A stretch of DNA of 64,000 nucleotides from the human T2T-CHM13v2.0 reference genome, Homo sapiens, in NCBI RefSeq assembly GCF_009914755.1, contig NC_060931.1, one strand, 5' to 3'. Below the pieces are notes generated by a model. It saw only the letters and a program-made list of their open reading frames with translations. It did not search any database and had not been told where the DNA came from. Positions 28,507 to 42,864 of the stretch are shown here, one piece after another. The position numbers were made by a program, and so were the translations under genes. The first letter of the stretch is position 1, and each line of letters starts with the position of its first letter.

Positions 28507-29259
28507 TTTTTTTTTTACAATGTCTTTCTGAAGTGAAAAAAGTGGATGGAAAAAGATTTCCAGCACTTAATCTAGGGCATGTATGCATTTTTCTAAGAGC
28601 GTCAATTACAAACACCTTGTGACCGTATAAACTTGTCCTAATCTCTATACCAAATGCTAACCTTTCACCTTTTCTAACTTCTGCTGAGGATTAACTACAT
28701 AATAATAATTTCATCTGTGATCCAAGAACACAATAGTAAGCCTTATCATCAGAAGACAGCATCTCTTGAGAAGCCATATATTTCCATTTATTGGGACTAT
28801 CTTAGAGTTTTTAATAAAAATCCTATTAATAATACAAGATTTCTCTAATAGTATAAGTAAGCACTAGGACCTTCATACCACACAAGAATCCTAGTATGAT
28901 CAGTGAATTAGTGACCAGGTAAAATTTCAAACAATAAATTAATAGAGTTCTCTATAGAATACTTGTATTTTTGGGTCTAGTGATATTTTCCCAAGATTTT
29001 ATTATAATTGCAATCAGTGTTCTAACTTAAATAATTCTAACTTAAATAATGTCTGGTTGATAAATCATTCCATTAGTCCCATTCATGACAGCATTTTTCA
29101 TGCAGAAAGCATCTTAGTGGGCACCACTTGGACTGTCATTCTGTCCTGCCAACAAGTTACCATCTCCTGCCCTTTCATTTTGCCTCACCACTGTGAACCT
29201 GAAAAATCCTAAACTCTCACACTAAAAAAAGTTAAACACAATGAACCTTCTCCAATCCC

Positions 29260-29460
29260 ACTTATCTCATTTAGTCCTCACAAAAATTCTACGAGGTGGA
29301 CACTATGTTATTACTCTTTTCTTTCAGATGAAGAAACTGAGATTCACAAAAGTCAGGGAATTTGACCAGTGGGCCACAGATAGGAATTAGCAGAGGCAGG
29401 GTTCAACCTCAGTGCTGTCTAAATTCAGGGTCCATGTTCTTAGCTGATATGCTGGCCTCC
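29260..29460. mobile_element. MIR SINE
   Basis: atctcatttagtcctcacaa...ttcagatgaagaaactgagattcacaaaagtcagggaatttgacc. Confidence 0.8.
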
Positions 29461-29762
29461 TATTCTTTTGAAAAGTGACAATGCAAAGAAAATACTTAGC
29501 ACAGTCTCTGGTACATACACACACAGTATCCTTTTATCCGCCCAGCCAAATGGAATGCATTATGCCTAAGGAACAAAAAGGAGAGAAGTACGAATCCTCC
29601 TCTCAGTTTTTAGGGTATCTGCAGTAACTTCTTAAATATGCAAGCTAGAGCATCAGCTCTGTTTCATTTCCACGTCCTATAAATTTGCTATATAGTTTCT
29701 GGCAATACAATTATTAGGATAAAATTCAACTGCTGTTAACACCTTGTGGAGGTCCAATAATC

Positions 29763-30290
29763 CAGGCATCCTCCACCCCCAGGGCCACAAACCAGTACCG
29801 GTCCGTGGCCTGTTAGGAACCGGACTGCACAGGAGGAGGTGAATGGCAGGCGAGCGAGCAAAGCTTCATCTGTATTTACAGCTGCTCCCCACTGCTCGCA
29901 TTACCACCTGACCTCTGCCTCCTGTCACAGCAGTGGTGGCTTTAGATTCTCACAGGAGCGCAAACCCTGTTGTGAACTGTGCATGTGAAGGATCTAGGTG
30001 GCACCCTCCTTATGAGAATCTAATGCCTGATGATCTGTCACTGTCTCCTGTCACCCCCAGATGGGACCTTCTGGTTGCAAAAAAACAAGCTCAGGGCCCT
30101 CACTGATTCTACATTCTGGTGAGTTGTACAATTATTTCGTTATATATTACAATGTAACAATAATAGCAATAAAGTGCACAATAAATATAATGTGCTTTGA
30201 TCATCCCAAAACCACCCCCCTACCCTGGTCCGTGGAATAATTGTCTTCCACAAAACTGGTCCCTTGTGCCAAAAAGGTTGGGGACCCCTG
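29763..30290 (+). mobile_element. MER1A hAT-Charlie MITE, full length, with 8-bp TSD
   Basis: 528 bp from cagg... to ...ggttggggacccctg; perfect CAATAATC at 29755-29762 and 30291-30298; body accggtccgtggcctgttaggaaccgg...ccttatgagaatctaatgcctgatgatctg. Confidence 0.95.
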
Positions 30291-30767
30291 CAATAATCCA
30301 TCCTAATAGACATTGGCCAACAGGAAGGAAAAATATCTGAAAAATGAATCCCACTACTGAAAATTACTTTACATAATTTAAAATGTCTCCTTTTGTTTGT
30401 ATGTTTAGACTATTTCACAATACCTAGGAAAAATAATTGTGATACTTTTTTAGCATATTTTCCCCCATTCATGACATAACAGTTTGTGTTACTATTATAT
30501 ATAAACACTTAAAAGTACTGGTACCCCCCCATTGACTCAGTGTTTTACAATTAATTAATCCTGATTAATCCTATTATCAGGATTAATAAATAATCCAAGA
30601 AAAGTTCTTTTAGAACCTAGGATGGATGTGATATACATTTTAGGTTATGGTTATTATTAAAAATAATCACAGAAATACAATTCTTCCATATCACTATGTC
30701 ACAGTAAATGTTAAATGCATATGAGAACAAACTTCATATCTGAGTAACAATAAGGCTTAAAACTTAC

Positions 30768-30995
30768 ATTTTCAAGTTATTATACTGACTTCCAGATTTC
30801 AGAGTAGTTCTTTGCAGAGTGGAAATGTTTAAGTGAACAAACATCCAAATATGTTTCATGAATGATTTCATTTCTTCTGTCTCACAACGTCCATTAAACT
30901 TAGAGGACACAACTAAGTCCCACAGAAAGCAGGTCAAAGACAAACAGTAGTTGACCAAGAATAGCCACTCAGCAGCAATTAAGTCAAAAAAGTAT
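30768..30995 (-). ncRNA. Candidate internal exon (228 nt) of a minus-strand transcript
   Basis: Acceptor cttttttatttttgtag|ATAC and donor AAT|gtaagt in unique sequence; one frame open throughout; product not recognised. Confidence 0.5.
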
Positions 30996-31832
30996 CTACA
31001 AAAATAAAAAAGCTACACTTCCTTTGATTGACAACCAAATATAAACAGCCACACTATGCTATATAAATTTCATAATTATAGTATGCAAATTTAGATTCCT
31101 TTTTACAGCCTGTGTTTTGAATCTCTCATGATAATGATTCTGTGGTCACAGACTGGCCACCCCACCCTACAAATTCCATCAAACAAACCTTATCTGAAGA
31201 TGTGGTGCCCAGAAGCAACGGAACTTAGCCTCCTAAGGGTTAAAGAAGTCAAGTCACTTAAAAATAGGGTAGAAAAAGGCACAAAGGAATCCTGTTAGGG
31301 TCTGTTGAAGATTAACAGACCACCACACAAAAGCCCCAAAGCATCCTTCAACCTTCTGAAAAAAAATGTACTAAAAATGTTACTATGGGAACAACCAATT
31401 AAATAAACCAATAAAAGAGGACAACTATCTACACCTCAACAAAACTACACAAACAAACAATAAAAAAAAGTACTGTAAATCAATCAAGTTTTAAATGTTA
31501 CCAGAAAGGTTGAGAGTGGAGGAGGGCATAGGAGAGCAACAAAAATAAAAACCTTTAGCTTATCATAAATAAAACAAAAGTAAAATATCAAAAATAAAAT
31601 CAACAGTAGGACCCAAGACTGAAAGTAGCACCCTTATAGTTAATACAAATTCCCTGTCTATTTGGTGATGTTAATGGACTATTTACAATTTTATCCTAAA
31701 ATTGTGGTTTTGCATCAGCAACACTTGGAGGAGTCTAGAAACTGTTTGTAGGTCCTACTAATTGACCATTTCTCTGGGAAATGAATAAAATAGGCTCATG
31801 ACCACACTGTGAAGCATTCTTTATACTTTCAG

Positions 31833-31963
31833 TTGCTGTCTCATGGACCGAGAGTTTTCGCTGTGTCTCAGAGACAATTTCAGCCCTCTCTTAGTTCGGA
31901 GGACAAGAGCCGAAGGCCTGACTTTCTCTTAATTGGGAAACCAGTCGTCTATAGGCCAAGAAA
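31833..31963 (+). ncRNA. Candidate exon (131 nt)
   Basis: Acceptor ttctttatactttcag|TTG, modest donor AAA|gtaaat, five CpGs. Confidence 0.3.
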
Positions 31964-32248
31964 GTAAATCCATCCACTTGACCCAAAGCTTTTTGGATGC
32001 TGAAAGCCTTTTCCATTTTAAGTTATGGTATTGTGACCAAGGACAGAAGTCTTTCACAGAGGACTAGTAGGAGAAATAGGTGAGAAAATTAACTGCAAGT
32101 ATGGTGAACTGCTTTGAGGAAAATCCTTGTAGAAAGGTTCATTTGTCTCATCTGTACCTCTCAATTGCTATGTCTGTCTGTAAAGGCTATTCATGGAATT
32201 GATTAAACGCATGCATTCACATTACTTCCAAACTAACTTTGAGGCTAG

Positions 32249-32683
<435 letters not shown>

Positions 32684-34000
32684 CCTTCTTAAACTTTTAA
32701 AAGATAAAACGGAACTAGAAAAACATTAAAAGACACGTAATAAAAGCTGTATACAACACAAGAGAACACAATTCTCCTTTGCTTTCCTGGGAGGAGCCAC
32801 AATAAGCCTACATGAGAGGAGGTCAGATTATGTTTATTTTAGTTTGTGCAAACACATATTTTTGGATTCCAATAATCGTAATTGAAGATTCTCAGTGACA
32901 ATGGTTTCCGGACATAAATCATAGGTTGATTATACCACTGTCATAACTTCTGGATTCTTAATGGGAAATATAATTTAGTCATTCCCTACTTCTTTCTCTC
33001 TCTTTCTCTCCAGCCTCCACTTGTACTTTTGCACTTAGAGATAATGTAAAATCATGGTATTTAATAACTAAAAATTTCCTTTGTGTTTCAGGTCCATTAG
33101 AGTAAAAAAAAGTTCCAGTTGCCTATTGTGCTTGGAATGGAATGTTATATATTTAGTGACACTGTTATTTGCCATTTCTGTGTTCCTTTAATCTCTAGGG
33201 CAATGGAGATTTTCTTGGCAATCTAGACTGAGCCTCAGTCGTGGGAGACAGACCTGATGTACTTATTATTGTTTCTGGGGAGATACCAAAGTAATTGAGT
33301 CTTAACTATTTATTTGTTAGCAACCTATGGTTCGTCAACAGATGTTCAAAGGTCTTTAAGCTTGAAGCTTTTGTAGTCTGAGGCAAAACCATTTTCTAAA
33401 AGGGTGGAGTCTGCCTCTTTCTCTTTGTTTACCCATTGTGGACTTGGAAACATTACTGGGGCACTGTTCAATTAAAAGTAATGGAAAACCTCACTTAGAA
33501 CAGTAAGCATGCTTTCAGAAAGGATGGGAGAACTTGTTGGGCTAATTTTAGTTGTAGTTCAAATTTAAATTCTTTGGTTTTTTAGCTTTCTTGACAATGA
33601 TGAAATACAGCTTCCTATGTCTTTAAAGACCAAACTTTAAGATTTTAAAAGTATTTTGAGATCAAATGGCTATTACATGAATATATTTTGATAACTGAAG
33701 TGAAAATGAATTAGAAACATACAACAAATAGCGAATTTTTAAATTAAGGTAGATACTGTTCAAAAGAATACACATTTTATTTATCTGGGCAACATGCATA
33801 AGTATAATTGATAATATTCAAACAATTCTAAACTTGATGTCAGACGACGTATGGAACATTAAATAATTCATGGAGTGATTCAGAATGTGAACTCTACCAA
33901 AGTGTAAAGTACAGAGATCCAGATGCATTTTAAATAGTAAATACCATAAACGTATTGCTTTATGGAAAAGAAGATGAGACAGGTAAACATAACCATCCTC

Positions 34001-34308
34001 TTTTTTTGCGGGGGGAGGGGGACAGAGTCTCACTCCATCGCCCAGGCTGGAGTGCAGTAGCGCAATCGTGGCTCACTGAAACCTCTGTCTTCTAGTTCAG
34101 ATGATTCTGCCTCAGCCTCCCGAGTAGCTGGGATTATAGGTGTGCACCACCATGCCCAGCTAATTTATTTATTTATTTTTGTATTTTTAGTAAAGACAGG
34201 TTTTCACCATGTTGGCCAGGCTGGTCTTGAACTCCTGACCTCAAGTGATCCACCCACCTCAGCCTCCCAAAGTGCTGAGAATACAGGTGTGAGCCACTGC
34301 ACCTGGCC
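34001..34308 (-). mobile_element. AluS with TSD
   Basis: Full dimer; flanks accatcctcttt / accatccttttt. Confidence 0.96.
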
Positions 34309-35699
34309 ACCATCCTTTTTAGTCTGATTTCACATCACCAAGGACCTAAGTCATGGCTGGGTGAATTGCTTCTATTCTACCTTCATTAGCACACCTACAA
34401 AGGTCTACTTTGCTGCAATATTATGCACATATATCATCCAACTATACACATGCACACCAAATACCGGGTAGAGGAAAGATAATTAAGAACAAATCCCTGT
34501 GGATACTCCAGTAAAAGTATAAAAGGCATTGAAGGACAATTACATCAACTCTGTTTTAATTAAACCATTGTTTTTTCCATTGTTTCAAGAGTCAAACAAT
34601 GGAAAATGTTTTACCACCTCAGTGCCACTCCCAAATCTGTCCCCCAGGTCCCTACCCTTGACATCATAAAATGCATCTCAGACATTCTCATACTATCCAT
34701 CCTTTCTTTTTTTTTCCTTCTTTATTCCTGGGACCCACAGTAGGGAATACAGATTGATAGTCAGTAATTTTAGGACAGTGAAGAACAAAGTACATAAGAG
34801 TAGAATATTTGTTCTTGTCTATTAACACCCTGAGTGTTAATAGAAGTTTTTTTTTAATTTAAGAAATTTCTAATCTAATTAGAGAGGCTACAACATTTAT
34901 AATGTAACATATTTCATCTCTTTGATGCAAAATTCTTGTTTCTGTTCACAGTGCCCAGTCCAATGCCTGGCACACAGGAAATGCATGCTGGATGAACATG
35001 TCTTGAGCAGCAAAACTGGAGACCTTGCTGAATATATCAGGGGTTGCTGTATAATTTACTGTGTTCTGTCTGTCCAGTGAATTCCACATTATAGTCAGTT
35101 CATTCATTCTACAAGTATAGTAGTTTAGTTGCTACTGTTTCTAGACTATGCCAGTGAGCCTCTGTGGTCAGCTTTTACCCTATGTTCATGTAGCTCCATG
35201 GCCCTGGGCTGCACCTTTGGGGAGATGTGCTTCCTCTTTAGTGTAAGAAATGCCGTAATCTATTATTTCTCATCTATCCTTATTTTGTAACAACTCCAGT
35301 AGTTAGTATAAATGGAGAATATGAGATTCTACTACGAACTACAGAATCAAAGATTGGAAAAACCTACATTTTCAAGAAAGAGGAGAGTCGAATAAAGCTT
35401 GGTACATTAGGAGGATACCATGCTTTGTTTCCATATAAAAGTGTGCTTCTGTAAGTATTGACATGTGTATACATAAAATATCTCTGCAGGGGGATTAAAC
35501 AAGAAATCTGTAAAATTGACCATCTGTAAGTGGTAGGGGGTTGGGCACTGTAAACCGGTAGGAAGGAAGGCTTACTGTCAACCATCTACTTACCTTTTTA
35601 ACAATTTAATTTTACCAACTGCGTATGTTATTTTTTCAAAATAAACATTTTTGAAATTTCAAAATAATGTATAGTTTTATTTAAACATATTTGACAAAA

Positions 35700-36300
35700 T
35701 ACTAGAAGCTTTATTTTCTAGGAAAATTAAAATTATAAATTTGACAGAAGATGAAATATTAGGCCTCAATACATCAATCTAGGAAAAAGTAAACTACTAT
35801 CGAAAGGCATCAGGCCCATATAGTTTTGCATAAGCTACATCAACCTTCAGGGACTCACAATTCCTATAAAATATATATGTTTTTAAATTTCACATTATAA
35901 AAGATGATAAGAAGCCACGCTTCTCAATTTTGTATGACTAGCTTGCCTCTAAGAAAAACTGAACAAAAACAACTAAGAAAGTAAATCTATAAGCCAGTCT
36001 TATGAATGTAGATGAAAAACTGCTAAAAGACAAATTAGCCAAGCCAATCCATTGGCATATTTTTAAAAATAATAGTAATGTACCATCACCAAATAGAATT
36101 TACTAAGGGATGCAGAGAAAGTCAAATAATAGAAAATCTGCTACTATAATTCACAGACTAAAGGCAAAATTGTTACCTTAATAAATGTTCAAAAGCATTT
36201 ATTTCTTAAGTTCGGTATATGTTTAACATTAAAAAAAGCAAACTTTGAAAAATAGTGTATACCAAAACCACTAGCAATAAGCTACAAAATAATAAACATT
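35700..36300 (+). mobile_element. Ancient L1M ORF2 fragment
   Basis: catcaggccca...catcaaccttcaggga...ttatgaatgtagatgaaaaactgctaaaagacaaattagcc. Confidence 0.6.
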
Positions 36301-38260
36301 TTTACAATTTTGGAATTTCAAAATTGCAGTAAGTAAGAAGGTGTCAGATGATTCTATTACATGGCTTTGAAACCATTTATGAAGAACCCCTTTCTTAGGA
36401 AAATAGGATTGACTACATTAATCCTATTCACTAGACTTTAGGATGAACATTGAGAAAGTGTACAGGTGTCTGAGAGGTGCTGCCTATCAATTGCCCAGGG
36501 CCCATGTTGCTACTCCAGAAATCAGCAGTGTCTGTGAGTGACAGGAGAAGGGAGAAAACGGAGGGAGACCAAGCCAGGAGGAAGACCCTGGCAGCACTAC
36601 CCCAGCCACTGGAAGTTTAGGAATCCCCATCCTGCTGTTCCCTTTTCTGTTTTCTTTCTCTCCCTTTCCCCTCCCTTCCCTTCCCTGCCCTTTCCACCTG
36701 GGAAGAGCAGCATGCTAAATTATCCTCATTCGGCAGTCATAAAACACAAAGGCTCTGGGAAATATATAATAAATGAATCTTCCTGACTTTTTTTAAGCCC
36801 ACATTTCTCCAAATGACTTGGTCATGGAACACTTTTTTGTCATTGTTGTTCTTCAGAATTTCTTATTATTTCTGGTAAGAGCCTTGTTCCATGGAATATG
36901 AGTTTGGGAAACATTGTCTTAGCACACAGAAAATTTTTGTTGACAAAACATGTTGAAGACTCAGCCACAGACCAAACATCAGAGTTCCGTGATGTTCTGA
37001 CTGACATGCTCCCACAAGGGGCTACCATAGTCATGGGCTGGACCTTGCCACCTCTGAAACCCTCAGCTGTAATGCCTAAATTTCTGAGCAGAGGCTCTTA
37101 TTCCTTCACATTTCTCACCTCTTTTCTTCTCCTTCTGCTACTCCCGCTGTTCAGCTTGGATTCTTACAATGTCTACCCCAAGTTTTCTTGAAGTATGGCC
37201 CTCAGACCACCTGACTCATGGATTAAAAAGGCAATTTGCTGGAATCCACTCATGAACTAACCTTTCCTGGGAGGGGACTTATTCATCTACATTTTAGTAA
37301 GCTTCCCTGGGGAATTCTGTGGTTCCTACCATCTGAGACCCCCTCCTCCAATTTCCGCCCACCCATCATCTCCCTGTTGTGGTTTCCCTTCCTTTCCAGC
37401 TAGCCTGACCCCGTGGGGGCATTGGTTTCCTCACTTCTCTGTCCACATTCTCAACCAGAACCCCTTCAGCAGACTGTCCTCCGATGCCACACCAGCAAGC
37501 CACCACACTGACTGAAGGCTGATAACCTTCTCAGCTCTACAACGAAGGTGCCAGCCAACACTCCACTCCAGGAGAGTAGCAGACACCGCTACAGCGCTGG
37601 TGTGACAAAGTTAGGATCTCCAATCACAGCTTGTTCCTTTGCATCTTTTGCAATTGCTGATCAGCTCCATCCCTTATTCTGGACATTGATTATTCCAAAA
37701 TTTCAACCACTAATATCAAGGCCTTATGCTCATCCTTCTCACCTCTCTGGTGTCTCTGATACCATCTTCTGCCTCACTGAGGATTTCTGGGCTATTCGAC
37801 ATCTACACCCTAAACATTTTTTTCCTTTACTTAAATGTGCCTTTACAACTCTACTTCTGTCCTGCTTCAAGGATAATCCCCCTAGCATTGAGCCTAATTC
37901 CATCCCCTTCCATCTGCTGTGATTTCAGGTTTTATCTTAGATTCATCCCATTCTTTGTCATATTTTTAGAATTTGCTGCTCTATTAGCCCAATCCTCAAT
38001 CTTCCCTATGTCAAACACACACACACACCCCCTAAAACAAGCAAACAAAAACTACCTCCCCTCGTCCATGTCTCTTCTCCCATTCACAATAAAGTTCTTT
38101 AAAACAGAAGAAAATATTTATAAAGACCTATACAACCCTTTATAGAAAACAAAATGGAAAAATTCGAGGAAATTTACATTTAAATAAGAAAAAACAATCA
38201 CTAAATTCATAACCCAAATGCCTTTTATTTTGCCTGTGTATTTATTTTGAGATCATATTG

Positions 38261-38564
<304 letters not shown>

Positions 38565-38683
38565 GAGATCATATTGTTTTTAATAATTTTTAATCAAAAC
38601 ATATATTTTTAAAACTACATTATTTTAATGCCTGAAAAAGTCTATGAAATGTGTATAACAATTTCATTTAGTAATTCTTCCTT

Positions 38684-38967
38684 GACTGGGCGTGGTGGCT
38701 CACCGAGGCGGGTGGATCACTTGAAGTCAGGAGTTTGAGACCAGCCTGGCCAACATGGTGAAACCTGGTCTCTACTAAAAATACAAAAATTAGCTGGCCA
38801 TGGTGGCACACTCCCATAATCCTAGCTACTCAGGACTCTGAGGCAGGAGAATTGCTTGAATTTGGGAGGTGGAGGTTGCAGTGAGCAAGATCGCACCACT
38901 GCACTCCAGCCTGGGCAACACAGTGAGACTCTGTCTCAAAAAACAAAACAAAATAACAACAACAAAA
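38684..38967 (+). mobile_element. AluS with internal deletion in the left arm
   Basis: gtggctcac joined directly to cgaggcgggtggatcac (the gcctgtaatcccagcactttgggagg segment is missing). Confidence 0.95.
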
Positions 38968-40589
38968 GACATTATTTCTTTATTGAACATGTACTTTCTT
39001 GCAATTTCTTGCAAGTATAAATAACATTGTAATTTACCCCAAACATAAATCTTTGTTTATATCTATAATTTATTTCTTATGATTGTTTCCTAGGAGTGGA
39101 ATTCTGGGTCCCAATATGAACTTATTCAAAGTTCTTACAGGCTACCAAAATTTGTTCCAGAATTTGTGTACACCTTGATAATTTAATATCCACTTATTAG
39201 AGTATCCATTGTGTTTGAATATTATGATTCTTTACAAATATAACATGGCTAGCTTGGTAATTGTTGTTACTATTACAATTGTGACTGCTATTAAAACTGT
39301 GGTCATTATACCCTTCAGTCATTTATGATCTATAGGAAAATTCTAGATTTAAGAATAATAAAAATAAATTCATGGAAATTCCATGGATGACCATATTCAG
39401 CCTTTCTTCTTGCTTCTGAGAACCTTATAGTCACACTGACACTCTTAGAAAGTGTATCAAAGCAGACAACATTAATTTATTGCACTGTTAACCCTACCAA
39501 ATCCAATTTAAACTGTCATTATTTTTTCTTTACTCTTTCTTTGGCTTTTAAATTATTTTGTTTTGCTATACCATGTGTAACTTCAAAAATCATCCGAAGT
39601 TTAATTTTGGAATCAGATTAAATTAATATCAAATTTGAGGTATTGCACATTCAGCCCTTTGCTATATTTCTTTATCTTAAACTCTTTTCTTGATTTCAAT
39701 ACTTCTTATCTTCTCGATCCCTGCTCTGCACAAGAAATTGTATTCGAAGAGCTTCGTTAATGATCAAAAATGGTATTTTCAGATTAGTCTATATTTTCTT
39801 CTAGGCTTTCGTCATTGTTAAACTAAACCGTTAATCTATTTGGAATATATTTTGCCTTGATATGTAAGAGGATAATCTTATTTCTGCTTCTTCCCAAAAT
39901 CACTCTTTTGGCTCACATGATTATTAAATTATCCACCTTTCTCTCTTTGATTGGTGATCCTTCCTGTAATTTATACTAAGATCAAGATATGCATATATAT
40001 CCTTTTCATCAATTATAATACTTCCTAGGGAATCCTCACCACATTATTCCTTAAAAACTAACAACAGAAGTTATTTGTGCTTTATTATTATTCAAGTTTA
40101 ACTTTAGATTCAATTGGCCACTCATATTTATATGATTTTATGGGTGTATATACTTACAAATACAGTTACCAGTATTTTAGTTCCATTAAAATAATACTCT
40201 GTAAATTTTGAGGAATAGCATTAAATTAGTGTTTTTTTAACTTTAGTCATTAAATCACTGTCTTCTTGGCAAATCTATGTCCAAACTGTACAGTTACTTA
40301 ATGTTTTAATAATACATGTAAATGAATTGTGTGACTTAAAAGAGGAATAAGAGAGAAAATGGAAGAAAAGAATTTCTGTATTAAGTGCACAGCCAGCTCT
40401 TCCACACCTGATCTTTCCACTGGTGACAAACTTAGTCTCTTCCCTTTACTTAAAACTTCTTACACTTCTTGGAATGATTTATCACTGTGGACTTGCTGTT
40501 GTTGAGCCCAGAGAGAACTCATAATGCGGTCATCTCTGACTCCTGGGTGCCTTTCAGTTTAGATCATCTGAAACCAGAATTCGCCATAA

Positions 40590-40908
<319 letters not shown>

Positions 40909-40932
40909 ATTATTATAACACCTTTTATATAG

Positions 40933-40992
40933 TGTTAGATGTCTGATCAATGTTTTATTGGATGTTAGGTGTCTGATCAGTGTTTTATTGGA
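40933..40992. repeat. 30-bp tandem duplication
   Basis: tgttagatgtctgatcaatgttttattgga followed by tgttaggtgtctgatcagtgttttattgga (2 mismatches). Confidence 0.95.
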
Positions 40993-41872
40993 TCACGTGT
41001 TGTTGAATTTTGAGGCCTATTGCTTTCATATTGTAGCTTCATATTAGCACTGAGAAAGGGAGGTTTTCTTCTGTGTTGCCTTTAAACTCATGCATTTGCA
41101 GCTGTCAAAGGAAGCATGGCACACTGTTATCTAGGGCAGGAGCTTACCATCCAGGATCCATCAGCTTCAACCCACAAGAGCAAAATTAACTGGAATTCTG
41201 TCCAGGAATTCCTTCCACTTTAAAACGGAGTAGAAGCAAGGTCAATATAGATGACATACGTTTTCTTATTATTATGTAATTATTGTAGGGAATAAATATT
41301 TAAGATACCTTTTAAAGATATGTAGAAAAAGAAAAAGATATTCTTAACACCCAATGATTAGTCACTATTATAATTTCCTCAGATCATATAGCTCTTTAAC
41401 TACAATTAATCTGCTATTTTACTTGCCCTCTAAGTTTTTTATTTCAGTCATTAGAATTTTTATTCTGCTTTATTTTCATTTTGCTTTTTATTTTCTGTAG
41501 GGTATAGAAATTCTATTTTCTTCCCTCTTTTCTTTTCTCATAGTGTCACATCTTTTCCTCATATTTCTTATATCATTTAAAAACCTACTTATTTAATGGT
41601 CTCTTTCATTTATCTCAAATTCTTGAGGTTCTAATGCTCCACTCTGCCATGTCCACTCACTCCTCCTCTGGCAGATTATTTCCCTGCATTGTTTGTAATA
41701 CTTTTAAATTAGTTCATTTTGTGTGTGTGTGCAGTTACAGAAAACAGAAACATTACAGAAAACATTTGTGTTTTTTACAGCGAGGCATTGCAACAGTAAC
41801 ACTTATCTGGGATGGGTTTTTATATCAATTTCTTCTAAATTACAGTGAAAATGAACATTTGGATTTCACCCC

Positions 41873-42331
41873 TGCATTGGTTTCCTGGGGCTGCCATAAC
41901 AACGTACCACAATTTGGGTGGCTTACAGCAACAGAAATGTATTCTGTCTCAGTTCTGGAGGCGAGAGGTCTGAAATCAAGTGATAAGTAGGGTCATGCCC
42001 CCACTGCGGGCTCTAGGGAAGAATCCACACTTGCCTCTGCATGGCTTCTGGTGGTTGGTGGCAATCCTTGGCATTCTTTGGCCTGTAGCTGCTTCATTGC
42101 AACCTCTGCCTCCATTGTCATGTGGCTTTCTTCCCTTGTGTCTATGTGTGTCCCTCCTCTTCTACAAAGACACTGGTCATTGGATTCGATGTCCATACTA
42201 ATCCAGCATGACCTCATCTCAACTTGATTACATCTGCACCAACTCTGTTTCCAAATAAGGTCACATTCACACATACCAAGCACTAGAACTTCAACATATC
42301 ATTTTGGGGAGCACAATTCAACCCACAGTCA
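41873..42331 (-). mobile_element. MaLR solo LTR (MLT1C-like)
   Basis: tttcctggggctgccataacaacgtaccacaatttgggtggctta...gacctcatctcaacttgattacatctgca...cacaattcaaccca. Confidence 0.9.
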
Positions 42332-42864
42332 CACTCACACAGGTGATACTATGCTTGGGAGAGGTGAGGTTTCATGTTGCTTCTCTGGGTCGGTGAACAG
42401 GCTTTTTCTGGTGTTCATTGTATTTATTTCATTCCATGGTATGTTTCTGTTTACTTTAGTCTAAATTCCAAGTTACTAGCCCCTTGCTCGGGAAAGGCGA
42501 AGAGGTATGCCAACCTAACCAAAATTTATAATAATTATTCTGATTCCATAATGGGAGCATCAGTGAAACCTTGGGGATTTCATCCTTGTAGAAATAAATG
42601 TGCTTAAGTAGGGTCTATGTACATCTGGAAGTGCCTCTTACAAGGTGACACTCAGAAAATACTAAATTTTTGTTGGTTTGTCCTAAGCTGTGAAGGCCTT
42701 ATTTGAATTAAGACCATTAGAAATATCATTGATGTTGCAAAATGTATAGGCTTGCCACAATAAAACCTGCAATTTTTTATAATATGTTAGTCATTAAAGG
42801 GACCATTCCTGTTGGCAATATCATTAGAACTTATATAAAAAAATTGAAATCAAAACATTGTATG

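Noticed and set aside
29020-29049. 15-bp tandem duplication (ttctaacttaaataa x2), and a similar pair at about 22346-22387
   Set aside because: Ordinary slippage duplications with no associated signal.
36898-38145. 97-139 aa ORFs in non-Alu sequence
   Set aside because: No recognisable domain or flanking splice signals; the 37.5-38.1 kb part looks like pyrimidine-rich L2 remnant.
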